Of a stretch of DNA of 43,728 nucleotides, positions 7,988 through 15,519 are shown piece by piece (position 1 is the first letter of the stretch; each line of letters begins with the position of its first letter). The DNA is taken from contig CAZRHO010000001.1 of the NCBI GenBank assembly GCA_964599955.1, forward strand, positions 296 through 44,023, read 5' to 3'. Origin of the DNA: an uncultured Methanosarcinales archaeon. GTDB lineage: Archaea > Nanobdellota > Nanobdellia > Woesearchaeales > GW2011-AR9. The notes under the pieces were generated by a model. It was not told where the DNA came from and searched no databases. It worked only from the letters and a program-made list of their open reading frames with translations. The position numbers and the translations under genes were made by a program.

Positions 7988-8112
7988 AAGCAAGATGGAT
8001 TAAGTTAGGTAATTATGGAACTCCAAACCTTTGTTTAGATTATCCAAATTGTGACCACAAATACCATTATGAATTAGTTAACAATAAAAAACTGAAGCGA
8101 GGGGAAGAATGA
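7984..8112 (+). CDS. small protein (42 aa) ending KRGEE
   Basis: Read from the sequence. Bounded by the repeated AAGCGAGGGGAAGAATGA cassette at both ends. Confidence 0.4.
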   Translation: MKARWIKLGNYGTPNLCLDYPNCDHKYHYELVNNKKLKRGEE

Positions 8113-8273
8113 GCATAAAAGCACATTGGAACAGAAGAAGTCCGAATAGTTGGATTGAAATACAAGTTAAATTTAATTGGTTTCAAAAACTTCAAGTTTT
8201 GTTTAAAAGGGAAGTTACTATAAGATTTGAAAATTGTAATATCGTTGATTTGAGAAAGCGAGGGGAAGAATGA
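8109..8273 (+). CDS. small protein (54 aa) ending KRGEE
   Basis: Read from the sequence, 55 codons without an internal stop. Bounded by the same cassette. Confidence 0.4.
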   Translation: MSIKAHWNRRSPNSWIEIQVKFNWFQKLQVLFKREVTIRFENCNIVDLRKRGEE

Positions 8274-8353
8274 ACCTTAAATTTTGTATTTGGTGTATTA
8301 AAATGAAACCACACTTTTTTGGAAAGTGTTTAGGATGTGGGAAAGGAAAATGA
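8270..8353 (+). CDS. tiny zinc-ribbon peptide (27 aa)
   Basis: MNLKFCIWCIKMKPHFFGKCLGCGKGK. ATGA overlaps on both sides. Confidence 0.35.
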   Translation: MNLKFCIWCIKMKPHFFGKCLGCGKGK

Positions 8354-8550
8354 CAGTAGATGAAATAATTAATAATGAACCAGAAGAATGTGAAGGAGAT
8401 TCAGTTAAATGGATTTCATCAGTTGATTTATGTAAATATGCAGGGAATTATAATTGTCCTTATCAAAATCCAAGAATGTTGGTTTACACAATGAAAGACG
8501 AAAGTAGGTTTCAATGTCTTTACAAAAAGATTGAAAAGAAAACAAAATGA
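8350..8550 (+). CDS. small Cys protein, paralog of 5604..5813
   Basis: Internal ATG (MTVDEII...) of track ORF 8326..8550, at an ATGA overlap. Confidence 0.55.
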   Translation: MTVDEIINNEPEECEGDSVKWISSVDLCKYAGNYNCPYQNPRMLVYTMKDESRFQCLYKKIEKKTK

Positions 8551-8651
8551 ATGAAATAATTAAACATTTTGAAGCAAGGATTAATTACCTAATGCAAAAA
8601 GTAACTATCCTGGAAAAGAAGGTGGCAAAAATTGAAGGTAAAAAGGATTAA
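8547..8651 (+). CDS. tiny coiled-coil peptide (34 aa)
   Basis: Read from the sequence, with ATGA overlap. Last link of the chain. Confidence 0.3.
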   Translation: MNEIIKHFEARINYLMQKVTILEKKVAKIEGKKD

Positions 8652-8939
8652 GTGTAAATGTGGAGTTAGGTATTGTGTGATTGTAGTAGGCAAAAGAAAA
8701 ATAAAAAGACATAGGTGTGGTAGATATGACAATAAGTTACAACGAACAAAGGAAATGTAGGAAATTAGGGGAATTTTTCAAAATTGAGGATGAGGATGTG
8801 GAAGATTCTAATAATAACGAATAATTTGATTGAATACTACTGACAAGAGTACTGCTTCCAGTAAGGAACATCAATAACAAAACATTCAAATTCCATATAT
8901 AGGTAGGGTATGCTAATTTAACCAACAAATTTAAATAAA

Positions 8940-9089
8940 ATGTTTAATACAAACACTTCAATGGTAGATTTGGTTTGTCCAAAATGCGAGAACGGAATTG
9001 ATTTAGAACCAGAAGAACTAAATAAAGTTTGGATTGAATGTCATTGGTGTAAATACAAATTTAAAAGAAATAGGGGTTATATTCATTAA
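8940..9089 (+). CDS. small zinc-ribbon protein (49 aa)
   Basis: Read from the sequence: ...LVCPKCENG...IECHWCKYKF. Confidence 0.45.
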   Translation: MFNTNTSMVDLVCPKCENGIDLEPEELNKVWIECHWCKYKFKRNRGYIH

Positions 9090-9209
9090 TTGAAATAGCA
9101 ACATTTAAATAGATTTGAAGTTTCCACTATTTTATCAAAATAAAAAAATAAAAAAAAGTAACCCAAAATTTAGCGTTTCGGGTTTGATTTTATGTACTAA
9201 AAACAACCA

Positions 9210-9695
9210 ATGATAAAGATAAATGTAGTGCCACAAGTATATAAATCTTTCGGAAGATTTAGCCCAATTCTATCACATCTTTCTTTTATAAATAAATCGT
9301 CATTAAATCATATTCAATCCGTTAATTCGGAAAATTCTTTAACTTGCTTCGTGTTGAGGCGAAACAATCAACTGAATGGGTGTTTTAACGTCTGCGTAAA
9401 TCCTAAATGGTGTTCAGACCTCTTTAAACATAGTCGGTCTATTGGGTTATTGAATTATTTGAACAAAAACCAAGCAATGAAATTGTGGAGAAAATTTTGT
9501 CAAAGAAGTACAAATTGGAAACTAACCATTTCCTTTTGGGTTGATTACCTTCTGAAAATACATAGGGGCTTCAATTTGGCAAAATTGACAAAGCAAGGGA
9601 GTGGTAACGAAAACAACCATAGTTTAGTTGTGATGGCTCTAAACTTACAGCGTTTTTTTGTTTGTAAACCTGTCTATGAACTTTTCCGTGTTTAG
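9210..9695 (+). CDS. atypical hypothetical protein (alternative: structured RNA region)
   Basis: A 161-aa ORF is unlikely by chance in AT-rich DNA. However, its composition (N/L/S/F/C/W-rich, poor in K/E) differs from all neighbours. There is no SD. A TATA-like box lies at about 9105 and a T8 run follows the stop. Confidence 0.35.
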   Translation: MIKINVVPQVYKSFGRFSPILSHLSFINKSSLNHIQSVNSENSLTCFVLRRNNQLNGCFNVCVNPKWCSDLFKHSRSIGLLNYLNKNQAMKLWRKFCQRSTNWKLTISFWVDYLLKIHRGFNLAKLTKQGSGNENNHSLVVMALNLQRFFVCKPVYELFRV

Positions 9696-9696
9696 A

Positions 9697-9704
9697 TTTT
9701 TTTT
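9697..9704 (+). terminator. oligo-T terminator
   Basis: A T8 run lies 1 nt after the stop at 9695. Confidence 0.4.
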
Positions 9705-9804
9705 AAACCTGAATGAATTGGGAGATGGCTTTTGATAGGTGGCATTGTAAAATATAGGGAGAAAAAAAAGGGGTTGTTAAGGGGATTTAAAAAAAGGTGA
9801 TATA

Positions 9805-10026
9805 ATGAAATCGGAAAAATTTGTAATGATAATGAAAAAAACAAGGATTAAGTTTAGTAAGAAATTAACTAATCAAGAAAAAAATTTGTTATTTAGATAT
9901 GATAAAGCTTTGATTGAAAATATTTCAAAGGTAGAAAGGATTGAAACAGAAGAAGAAAAACGATTGTCAAGAGCAATAAAAATTGTAAGGGCGTTTAAAT
10001 TAAATAATCCCTTACGGAGATTATAA
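9805..10026 (+). CDS. hypothetical protein
   Basis: Track ORF with AGGTGA upstream. Confidence 0.5.
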   Translation: MKSEKFVMIMKKTRIKFSKKLTNQEKNLLFRYDKALIENISKVERIETEEEKRLSRAIKIVRAFKLNNPLRRL

Positions 10027-10027
10027 A

Positions 10028-10630
10028 ATGATAGACCCAACAAATTTATTAATAGATAAGAAGGAAAACATATTTTATTACTTTGCGAAGGAAACTCCAA
10101 TTTGTAATAGTTGTAAGAATGAATGTTTTGATACATTAATCCTACATCAAACGTGGGATAGGAAAAGGGGAAACCATAAAGAACACACCTATTGTATTAA
10201 TTGTATGGATAAAATCAGAAAATATGGGGAAGACGAACTTAAAACGTGCGTAATAACATATACAATGATGGAACATTTAGATTTGATTATTAAACAACCA
10301 GCACAATTAGTTGGAAGTTCTTCAACGTGGGATAGTAATGTAATATACAAAGGAGAAGGAGAAATAGTTGATAATACAAAGTATGCTGGAAGGATTGATA
10401 CTAATGCAACTCAAAAAATTGAACATAACAAAAAACTTCTTGAACAAAGGGATAAAGAATTAGGGGATAACGCTTATGGGTTTATTGCAAAGGAACAAGA
10501 AAAAGTTTTGAAAGGAATACCAAGAACACCATACAAAGACGAATTAGATATTGATTCATTCTTTGACAACATTAAAAATTCAGTTCCAGCGATTGAACAA
10601 AAAGAAAAAAAGTTGTTAGAAAACAAATAA
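10028..10630 (+). CDS. Cys-cluster (zinc-binding) hypothetical protein
   Basis: Track ORF with a TAA-A-ATG junction. Contains CNSCKNEC...HTYCINC. Confidence 0.6.
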   Translation: MIDPTNLLIDKKENIFYYFAKETPICNSCKNECFDTLILHQTWDRKRGNHKEHTYCINCMDKIRKYGEDELKTCVITYTMMEHLDLIIKQPAQLVGSSSTWDSNVIYKGEGEIVDNTKYAGRIDTNATQKIEHNKKLLEQRDKELGDNAYGFIAKEQEKVLKGIPRTPYKDELDIDSFFDNIKNSVPAIEQKEKKLLENK

Positions 10631-10647
10631 AGCATATAAGTAAATCC

Positions 10648-10663
10648 CAAAACCTTTATATAG
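10648..10663 (+). promoter_or_regulatory. TATA-like box upstream of 10749
   Basis: CAAAACCTTTATATAG has the same AAAAC-TTTATATA core as the conserved promoters. Confidence 0.35.
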
Positions 10664-10748
10664 TTTCTAACATTCCCATAATGTAAAATGGGGATAACAA
10701 CTTATATTTATTTGATTTACTATATGTTTTTTCCCATCATCATATAAA

Positions 10749-11198
10749 ATGGCTGAATGTGAATTATGTGAAAAAGGGAAAGGGGAAAAGAAAAACCAAC
10801 CTATTTTTTTCATATTAGATGATGAACAAATTGTTTGTTTCTGGAACAGCCACACAAAACCACCTTACGATAATTTTGAAGTTATGCAAAATTTACTTCT
10901 TTCGGAAGCCAAAAAGAAATGGGAAAGTTACGACTTTGTCAAAGATACCAAAAGGTATGGCGACCATTACAGCTTAATCATTAGAAAAAATATCCTTGAA
11001 GTTGAAAATAAATTAGATAATACTTTTTGTCCTTTAATCAATAAAAAATGTGAAGGTAAGAAATGTTTATACCACGATGTTACAACAATTAGAGTAGATA
11101 ATGTTTATACCGAAGTTTATGATTGTTTGAAAAGGATGAAAATATTGGAAGAAATTGACAAAAGGAATGATTTTCCTGGTATAAATCCATCAGAGTAG
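10749..11198 (+). CDS. Cys-containing hypothetical protein
   Basis: Track ORF. MAECELCEKG... A TATA-like box lies about 90 nt upstream. Confidence 0.6.
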   Translation: MAECELCEKGKGEKKNQPIFFILDDEQIVCFWNSHTKPPYDNFEVMQNLLLSEAKKKWESYDFVKDTKRYGDHYSLIIRKNILEVENKLDNTFCPLINKKCEGKKCLYHDVTTIRVDNVYTEVYDCLKRMKILEEIDKRNDFPGINPSE

Positions 11199-11255
11199 AT
11201 GTAAAATAGGGGTTTTTCATTCCTCTACCCTCACTGATACTCAAAGGAGTACACA

Positions 11256-11471
11256 ATGTTGAGATTAAGCAAAAAGATACAATACGAATTAAATAGGCTG
11301 AAAAAAGTCAAGACGGAAGACGTTGAATTTAGAGTGAAGGCTTTGGTTTGGATTCTTGATGATGTTGAAGAATTAGAAAGTGAATATGAAGAAAAATCAT
11401 TTGAACTTAAAAAATTAAGAAGAGAATATGAAGAAATACAATGTGGGTTAATGTTATATCCAAATGATTAA
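11256..11471 (+). CDS. coiled-coil hypothetical protein
   Basis: Track ORF with AAGGAG upstream. Confidence 0.55.
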   Translation: MLRLSKKIQYELNRLKKVKTEDVEFRVKALVWILDDVEELESEYEEKSFELKKLRREYEEIQCGLMLYPND

Positions 11472-11649
11472 AACAAGAAAATGTCAATTATGTGGAAAAA
11501 GAATTTCTAAAAAGTTTTTAATATGTCCTAAAGGTTGCTCCGTAACTATAAAAAAAATATCAGTTACAAATTACCCATATAATCCAACAACAAAGATATT
11601 AAAAGATGTTGAAAAATCCATTCATAAAATAGGAAGATTTAAATATTAA
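11464..11649 (+). CDS. small zinc-binding protein
   Basis: Track ORF. Contains CQLCGKRISKKFLICPKGC. Confidence 0.5.
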   Translation: MIKTRKCQLCGKRISKKFLICPKGCSVTIKKISVTNYPYNPTTKILKDVEKSIHKIGRFKY

Positions 11650-11667
11650 GAAATCACTAATTTTTCT
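11636..11667 (+). promoter_or_regulatory. conserved TATA-box leaderless promoter (copy 1)
   Basis: gaTTTAAATATTAAGAAATCACTAATTTTTCT directly abuts ATG 11668. Confidence 0.55.
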
Positions 11668-12273
11668 ATGGTATGTCACAACAAAACTTGTGGAGGAGAG
11701 ATTTACCCACAAAACAACGATGTAAATGTTGAATTAGGGTTATCTGGAAACGGACAATGTCCACTTCTTGGATTTGGTTATCTTGTTAGCACTAATGTTA
11801 ATGAGGAAATGGGGTTATCAGGAACGATTGATTGTCATTACGCTTCCGTGGAAGGCACAGAGCCTTCCCCTCTACCCCAAACAGATGACGAAAAAAATTA
11901 TATCCATAAAGAAATGGATTTGATTGACTTCTTAAAAGTTTTAGGTGTATCAAAAGAAAAGGCAGATAAATATTATTCATTTATGAGAAAGTTTTGGTTT
12001 GAAAATGCTTTGGTTGAACCACTATTTTATTGTGTAGAAGTAATTGATAAAGATGAAAACATTATTGGAGTATTCTATGAAGATGCTTGGCGAAGAAACA
12101 GAGTTTACCTTGGGGATGTGATTTTTAGCTTTGGAGAATCAGGAAGATTATTTTATTTAACTCACGAAATTGTCCATTATATGGATTTTCACGGAAATGG
12201 AAAAGTTACACTTTCTGAAAACGAAACAGATACAAAAGCAAGAGATATTCTAACTATTGGGGGATTATGGTAA
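11668..12273 (+). CDS. putative zinc metallopeptidase (HExxH)
   Basis: FYLTHEIVHYMDFHG contains HEIVH plus a downstream His. The N-terminus has CHNKTCGG. Driven by the conserved leaderless promoter. Confidence 0.5.
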   Translation: MVCHNKTCGGEIYPQNNDVNVELGLSGNGQCPLLGFGYLVSTNVNEEMGLSGTIDCHYASVEGTEPSPLPQTDDEKNYIHKEMDLIDFLKVLGVSKEKADKYYSFMRKFWFENALVEPLFYCVEVIDKDENIIGVFYEDAWRRNRVYLGDVIFSFGESGRLFYLTHEIVHYMDFHGNGKVTLSENETDTKARDILTIGGLW

Positions 12274-12274
12274 A

Positions 12275-12520
12275 ATGGCTAAATTGAAATGTTGGAAGAA
12301 AGTTGGAAATCTTAATCCACCTTCGTGGACTAATAATAGAGGGATAGATATTGATGTAGAATATGACCCCAGTAATAAAGAATGGGATGTTACAATTTTT
12401 CAATTCGGACATAATCGTAATATAATCAAAAAGAAAAATACATATAGTTTTAAAACGAAATCAAAAGCTATAAAATCAGCAAAAACATTTATGAAAAAAA
12501 ATAATAGGTGCAAGATATAA
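12275..12520 (+). CDS. small basic protein, paralog family A (MAKLKCW...RCKI)
   Basis: Internal ATG of track ORF 12257..12520, at a TAAAATGGC junction. Both termini are shared with 13649..13909 and 13909..14154. Confidence 0.6.
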   Translation: MAKLKCWKKVGNLNPPSWTNNRGIDIDVEYDPSNKEWDVTIFQFGHNRNIIKKKNTYSFKTKSKAIKSAKTFMKKNNRCKI

Positions 12521-12524
12521 TGGC
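12506..12524 (+). repeat. 19-nt exact repeat AGGTGCAAGATATAATGGC (second copy at 13895-13913)
   Basis: Both copies span the family-A C-terminus (RCKI-stop) and the overlapping ATG of the next gene. Confidence 0.8.
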
Positions 12525-12771
12525 TAAAACAATAAAACACGTTGGAGAAATAAGTTGCAGACCATCAGGTAAATTTTTTAGTTGTAATTTAATCACAGAT
12601 ACAAGTAATTATGTTGAAAAGGTTGAAAGTGTATATACAGATGTAGAACAACATTTTGCGATTGGTTTTGATGGAGATAGTGCTTATGTTGAAACTATGC
12701 TTGATGACAACACTTGTGAAATAAAGAAAGGAAATAAAGGAAAAACAATAGATTGTGAGGGTGGATATTGA
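12520..12771 (+). CDS. small four-Cys protein, paralog family B
   Basis: TAATG overlap. C-x8-C ... C-x12-C spacing, as in 13381..13647. Confidence 0.6.
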   Translation: MAKTIKHVGEISCRPSGKFFSCNLITDTSNYVEKVESVYTDVEQHFAIGFDGDSAYVETMLDDNTCEIKKGNKGKTIDCEGGY

Positions 12772-12772
12772 T

Positions 12773-12943
12773 ATGGTTTACAAATTATCATCTATAAAAA
12801 GTAAATGTGTAATCAAAGATATGGCTACAATTCAACAATTATATTTGGAAATGGTTAGGAAAGGAAAAACATCATTAACTAAAAATGGGATTACAGTCAA
12901 AAGGCATAAAATTGATGCATCTTGCTTAATTAAGGACTGGTAA
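12773..12943 (+). CDS. small hypothetical protein
   Basis: Internal ATG of track ORF 12755..12943, one base after the upstream stop. Confidence 0.45.
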   Translation: MVYKLSSIKSKCVIKDMATIQQLYLEMVRKGKTSLTKNGITVKRHKIDASCLIKDW

Positions 12944-12946
12944 AAA

Positions 12947-13111
12947 ATGGAAACTGAAAAATTGATAAATGGGGAAACGGAAATGCCCGAAACAGAAGAA
13001 GCTAAACCAGTAGAAGTAGAAGAAGAAGAAGAAGAAGCTTCATCTGAAGAACCAGAGAGTTCTCCTGAAGAAGAAACTTCCGAACCCAGTCAAGAAGACA
13101 ATTCAGATTAA
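12947..13111 (+). CDS. highly acidic small protein (54 aa)
   Basis: Read from the sequence: METEKLINGETEMPETEEAKPVEVEEEEEEASSEEPESSPEEETSEPSQEDNSD. Confidence 0.45.
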   Translation: METEKLINGETEMPETEEAKPVEVEEEEEEASSEEPESSPEEETSEPSQEDNSD

Positions 13112-13127
13112 TAAAGGTTACGAAAAA

Positions 13128-13379
13128 ATGGCGAAAGAACAGAAATATAATAACATAATTAATGTTGATTGTGCAGTAACAAAAAATGGTAAGGTTTATT
13201 GCAAATTAACAGACACTAAATTTTCAACAAAAAAAACAAAATTAATAGATAATGTATTAATTTCTTCCCCTGATAGAATGGAATATAGACTTGGTTGGTT
13301 TGAAACATCATTTGATAATCCAAAAAAATGTGTAATTAAAAAAGGTATTCATAAAGAAGAAGCTATGTGGTGTAATTAA
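13128..13379 (+). CDS. small four-Cys protein, divergent family B member
   Basis: Track ORF. C-x9-C ... C-x13-C. Confidence 0.55.
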   Translation: MAKEQKYNNIINVDCAVTKNGKVYCKLTDTKFSTKKTKLIDNVLISSPDRMEYRLGWFETSFDNPKKCVIKKGIHKEEAMWCN

Positions 13380-13380
13380 A

Positions 13381-13647
13381 ATGGCAAAAAAGACAATAAA
13401 TGGGATTGATAGCATTAGTTGTTATCCTGACGGAAAAAAATTTAGGTGTGAACTTACAAAAAAAGACGGAAAAAAAGTTAATGTTAAAGAAGTAATTGCT
13501 TTATTTACAGAAACAGAATCACGAGTTCAAATAACTCCTATTAAAAAAACAGCGTTTATTTACTCCGATATGTTAAATAATACCTGCAAAGTAATCAAAT
13601 CTTCCAATGGTAATGAAATAAGTTGTAGTTATGGGGGGAAATACTAA
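13381..13647 (+). CDS. small four-Cys protein, paralog family B
   Basis: Track ORF with a TAA-A-ATG junction. Aligns with 12520..12771 over its full length. Confidence 0.6.
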   Translation: MAKKTINGIDSISCYPDGKKFRCELTKKDGKKVNVKEVIALFTETESRVQITPIKKTAFIYSDMLNNTCKVIKSSNGNEISCSYGGKY

Positions 13648-13648
13648 A

Positions 13649-13909
13649 ATGGCAAAACTAAAATGTTGGATTGAATCTCCTGCAAGAAAAAGCCAAAAAT
13701 TATGGAGAAAAAAAGGAAGTTTAGTTGCTGGAGTTAGAGAAATATTAGTAAGTAAATCAGAACAAAGTGGTATAAAAGGAAAATGGGTTGTTCACGGTAT
13801 TAAACCAAGTGGGACTATGAAACCAGTAGCAAATTTATCAAAAACAAAAAAAGAAGCAATAAGAAAAGCAGAACAATTAATGCGTAAATACGACAGGTGC
13901 AAGATATAA
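13649..13909 (+). CDS. small basic protein, paralog family A
   Basis: Internal ATG of track ORF 13631..13909. MAKLKCW...KYDRCKI. Confidence 0.6.
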   Translation: MAKLKCWIESPARKSQKLWRKKGSLVAGVREILVSKSEQSGIKGKWVVHGIKPSGTMKPVANLSKTKKEAIRKAEQLMRKYDRCKI

Positions 13910-14154
13910 TGGCAAAATTAAAATACGGAATTTCATTAATAAAAAATAAAAGAGGAGAGGTTATTGGTTGTAAAAAACCTCAAATGGAGTTAAGACATAA
14001 TAATTCAGGTTATGGGAAATCAAAAGACAACCCCTTTTATATTGAGATAAATGGGAAAGAATTGAAAAGATTTAATACACAAGATAAGGCAGTTAATTAT
14101 TTTAATAAATACAGAAAAAAAGTTAATAAAGAATTTAGGAAATGTGAAATTTAA
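13909..14154 (+). CDS. small basic protein, paralog family A (divergent)
   Basis: Internal ATG of track ORF 13897..14154, at a TAATG overlap. MAKLKYG...FRKCEI. Confidence 0.55.
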   Translation: MAKLKYGISLIKNKRGEVIGCKKPQMELRHNNSGYGKSKDNPFYIEINGKELKRFNTQDKAVNYFNKYRKKVNKEFRKCEI

Positions 14155-14155
14155 A

Positions 14156-14557
14156 ATGGCAAAAAAAAATAAAAAAGGATTAGCATTAATATTACTTTTA
14201 TTAGGTGGTATTGGGGTAGTTATGTTTTCTAAAAAAGCAAAAGCACAACCAACACCAAATTTATTCTTTGTTAACTTCAATGTTAACGGAGTTCCAGCTG
14301 AAACAGCAAAAGTTGGAGATAACGTATTTATGGAATTTGGATTTGATAAATCAATTACAAATGCTGACTACACGATTGCTAAAGTGGATGTTGATGGAAA
14401 AGAAATCGCAAATGATAAATCTAAACTTATTGAAGGTAAATCTCCAGCAAGTATTTTAGGTGTTAAAGATGTAGGTAAATTAATGGAAATTACAATTATT
14501 TGGTATGATAAATTAAATGTAAAAATAGGAGAAGCTTCGGCGAAGCTACAAACATAA
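14156..14557 (+). CDS. signal-anchored secreted/envelope protein
   Basis: MAKKNKKGLALILLLLGGIGVV (basic N-terminus plus TM) followed by a beta-rich domain. TAAAATGGC junction. Confidence 0.65.
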   Translation: MAKKNKKGLALILLLLGGIGVVMFSKKAKAQPTPNLFFVNFNVNGVPAETAKVGDNVFMEFGFDKSITNADYTIAKVDVDGKEIANDKSKLIEGKSPASILGVKDVGKLMEITIIWYDKLNVKIGEASAKLQT

Positions 14558-14558
14558 A

Positions 14559-14804
14559 ATGGTAAAAAAACTATACGAAGAATTTTTAACAGGACTAACC
14601 ATCATAATTGGGTTATTTATATCCTTATCAATTTGTGGTGTTGGAAGTTGGTGGTTATTACAAAAGATATACTGGTCAGATAATCTTGGACTTTATGGTG
14701 CTGGTTTAATATTAGGTTTAGTCAGTCTAATTGTAGGATTTGTAGGACTATCATTATTAGTTGGGTTAGGGAAAATAACACTTAAACAAGCGAGGAAAAA
14801 ATAA
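14559..14804 (+). CDS. small membrane protein (2 TM)
   Basis: Track ORF with two long hydrophobic segments. Confidence 0.6.
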   Translation: MVKKLYEEFLTGLTIIIGLFISLSICGVGSWWLLQKIYWSDNLGLYGAGLILGLVSLIVGFVGLSLLVGLGKITLKQARKK

Positions 14805-14805
14805 A

Positions 14806-14949
14806 ATGTCAGAAAAAGAAGAAATGCGTAAGATGAAAAAGCTTATTGAGGAAAATTTAAAACGTGGTGCAAGTAAACTTTATGCTGAAGGGTATCAACA
14901 AGGTAAGAAAGATGCAGAGAAAAAGTGTCGTAGAATGATGAGGAAATAA
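14806..14949 (+). CDS. small basic protein (47 aa)
   Basis: Read from the sequence. TAA-A-ATG junctions on both sides. Confidence 0.4.
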   Translation: MSEKEEMRKMKKLIEENLKRGASKLYAEGYQQGKKDAEKKCRRMMRK

Positions 14950-14950
14950 A

Positions 14951-15040
14951 ATGGAAGATACAACAAAACTATTGATTGGAACTATTGCTTCAGGTTTAAT
15001 AATGGCTGTCGTAGCAATCGTAAGTATTGTACATAATTAA
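14951..15040 (+). CDS. tiny single-TM peptide (29 aa)
   Basis: MEDTTKLLIGTIASGLIMAVVAIVSIVHN. TAA-A-ATG junctions on both sides. Confidence 0.35.
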   Translation: MEDTTKLLIGTIASGLIMAVVAIVSIVHN

Positions 15041-15041
15041 A

Positions 15042-15518
15042 ATGGCGAAAAGAAAATCAAAAAGTAAATGGGTATTGTTACTCCTACTTTTAGGTGGAGC
15101 AACAGCTTATATTCTGACAAAAGGAAAATCAGTTGCTAAATGCGTATCATCAGCAAGTATTACAGGGAAACCACCTAACTTCAATCAATTAATAATTTCA
15201 AAAGGAAAAAAGATAATGTTATCAATATTTTCTCAAAAGACAAATAATGGAGCAGTTTCATTTGAAGCAGAGATGTTTCCAACATTAACCAAGAGTTTCG
15301 GAAAATTTGAAGGACAAGCTGGAGATAAATTTGGTGGGTTTGGTGTTGATTTAAATGATAACAAACAATTTGATGAATGGGATAGTAACGGACACATAGT
15401 TATAAAATTATTAGATAAATTTTCAAAAGATGGGGGAAAAGTGTTTGCTGAATTTAAAATTTGTAGATGGGAAATAGATTCTATACCAGCTGGAGATAAA
15501 ATGACACTATTAAGTTAA
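15042..15518 (+). CDS. signal-anchored secreted/envelope protein
   Basis: Internal ATG of track ORF 15027..15518. MAKRKSKSKWVLLLLLLGGATAY... Confidence 0.65.
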   Translation: MAKRKSKSKWVLLLLLLGGATAYILTKGKSVAKCVSSASITGKPPNFNQLIISKGKKIMLSIFSQKTNNGAVSFEAEMFPTLTKSFGKFEGQAGDKFGGFGVDLNDNKQFDEWDSNGHIVIKLLDKFSKDGGKVFAEFKICRWEIDSIPAGDKMTLLS

Positions 15519-15519
15519 A

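Larger units (their letters stand above)
7970..8273 (+). repeat. three copies of an 18-mer gene-junction cassette, AAGCGAGGGGAAGAATGA
   Basis: Exact copies at 7970-7987, 8095-8112 and 8256-8273. Each encodes ...KRGEE-stop, an SD-like GAGGGG, and the next ATG. Confidence 0.8.

Noticed and set aside
7970-8273. Possible CRISPR-like array, because of three identical 18-mers spaced 125 and 161 nt apart.
   Set aside because: The repeats are too short, the spacing is irregular and too long, and both the repeats and the 'spacers' are clearly coding (stop/SD/start cassette). No cas genes are present.
14268-14459. Same-strand alternative-frame ORFs: 14268-14459, 18314-18499, 20034-20225, 24694-24876, 38138-38320, 40916-41260, 41848-42084, 42928-43119 and 43132-43323.
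   Set aside because: Each lies wholly inside a longer ORF that has domain or repeat support. For 38138-38320, the hand-read ORF 38034-38213 plus 38194-38649 explains the region with proper junctions.
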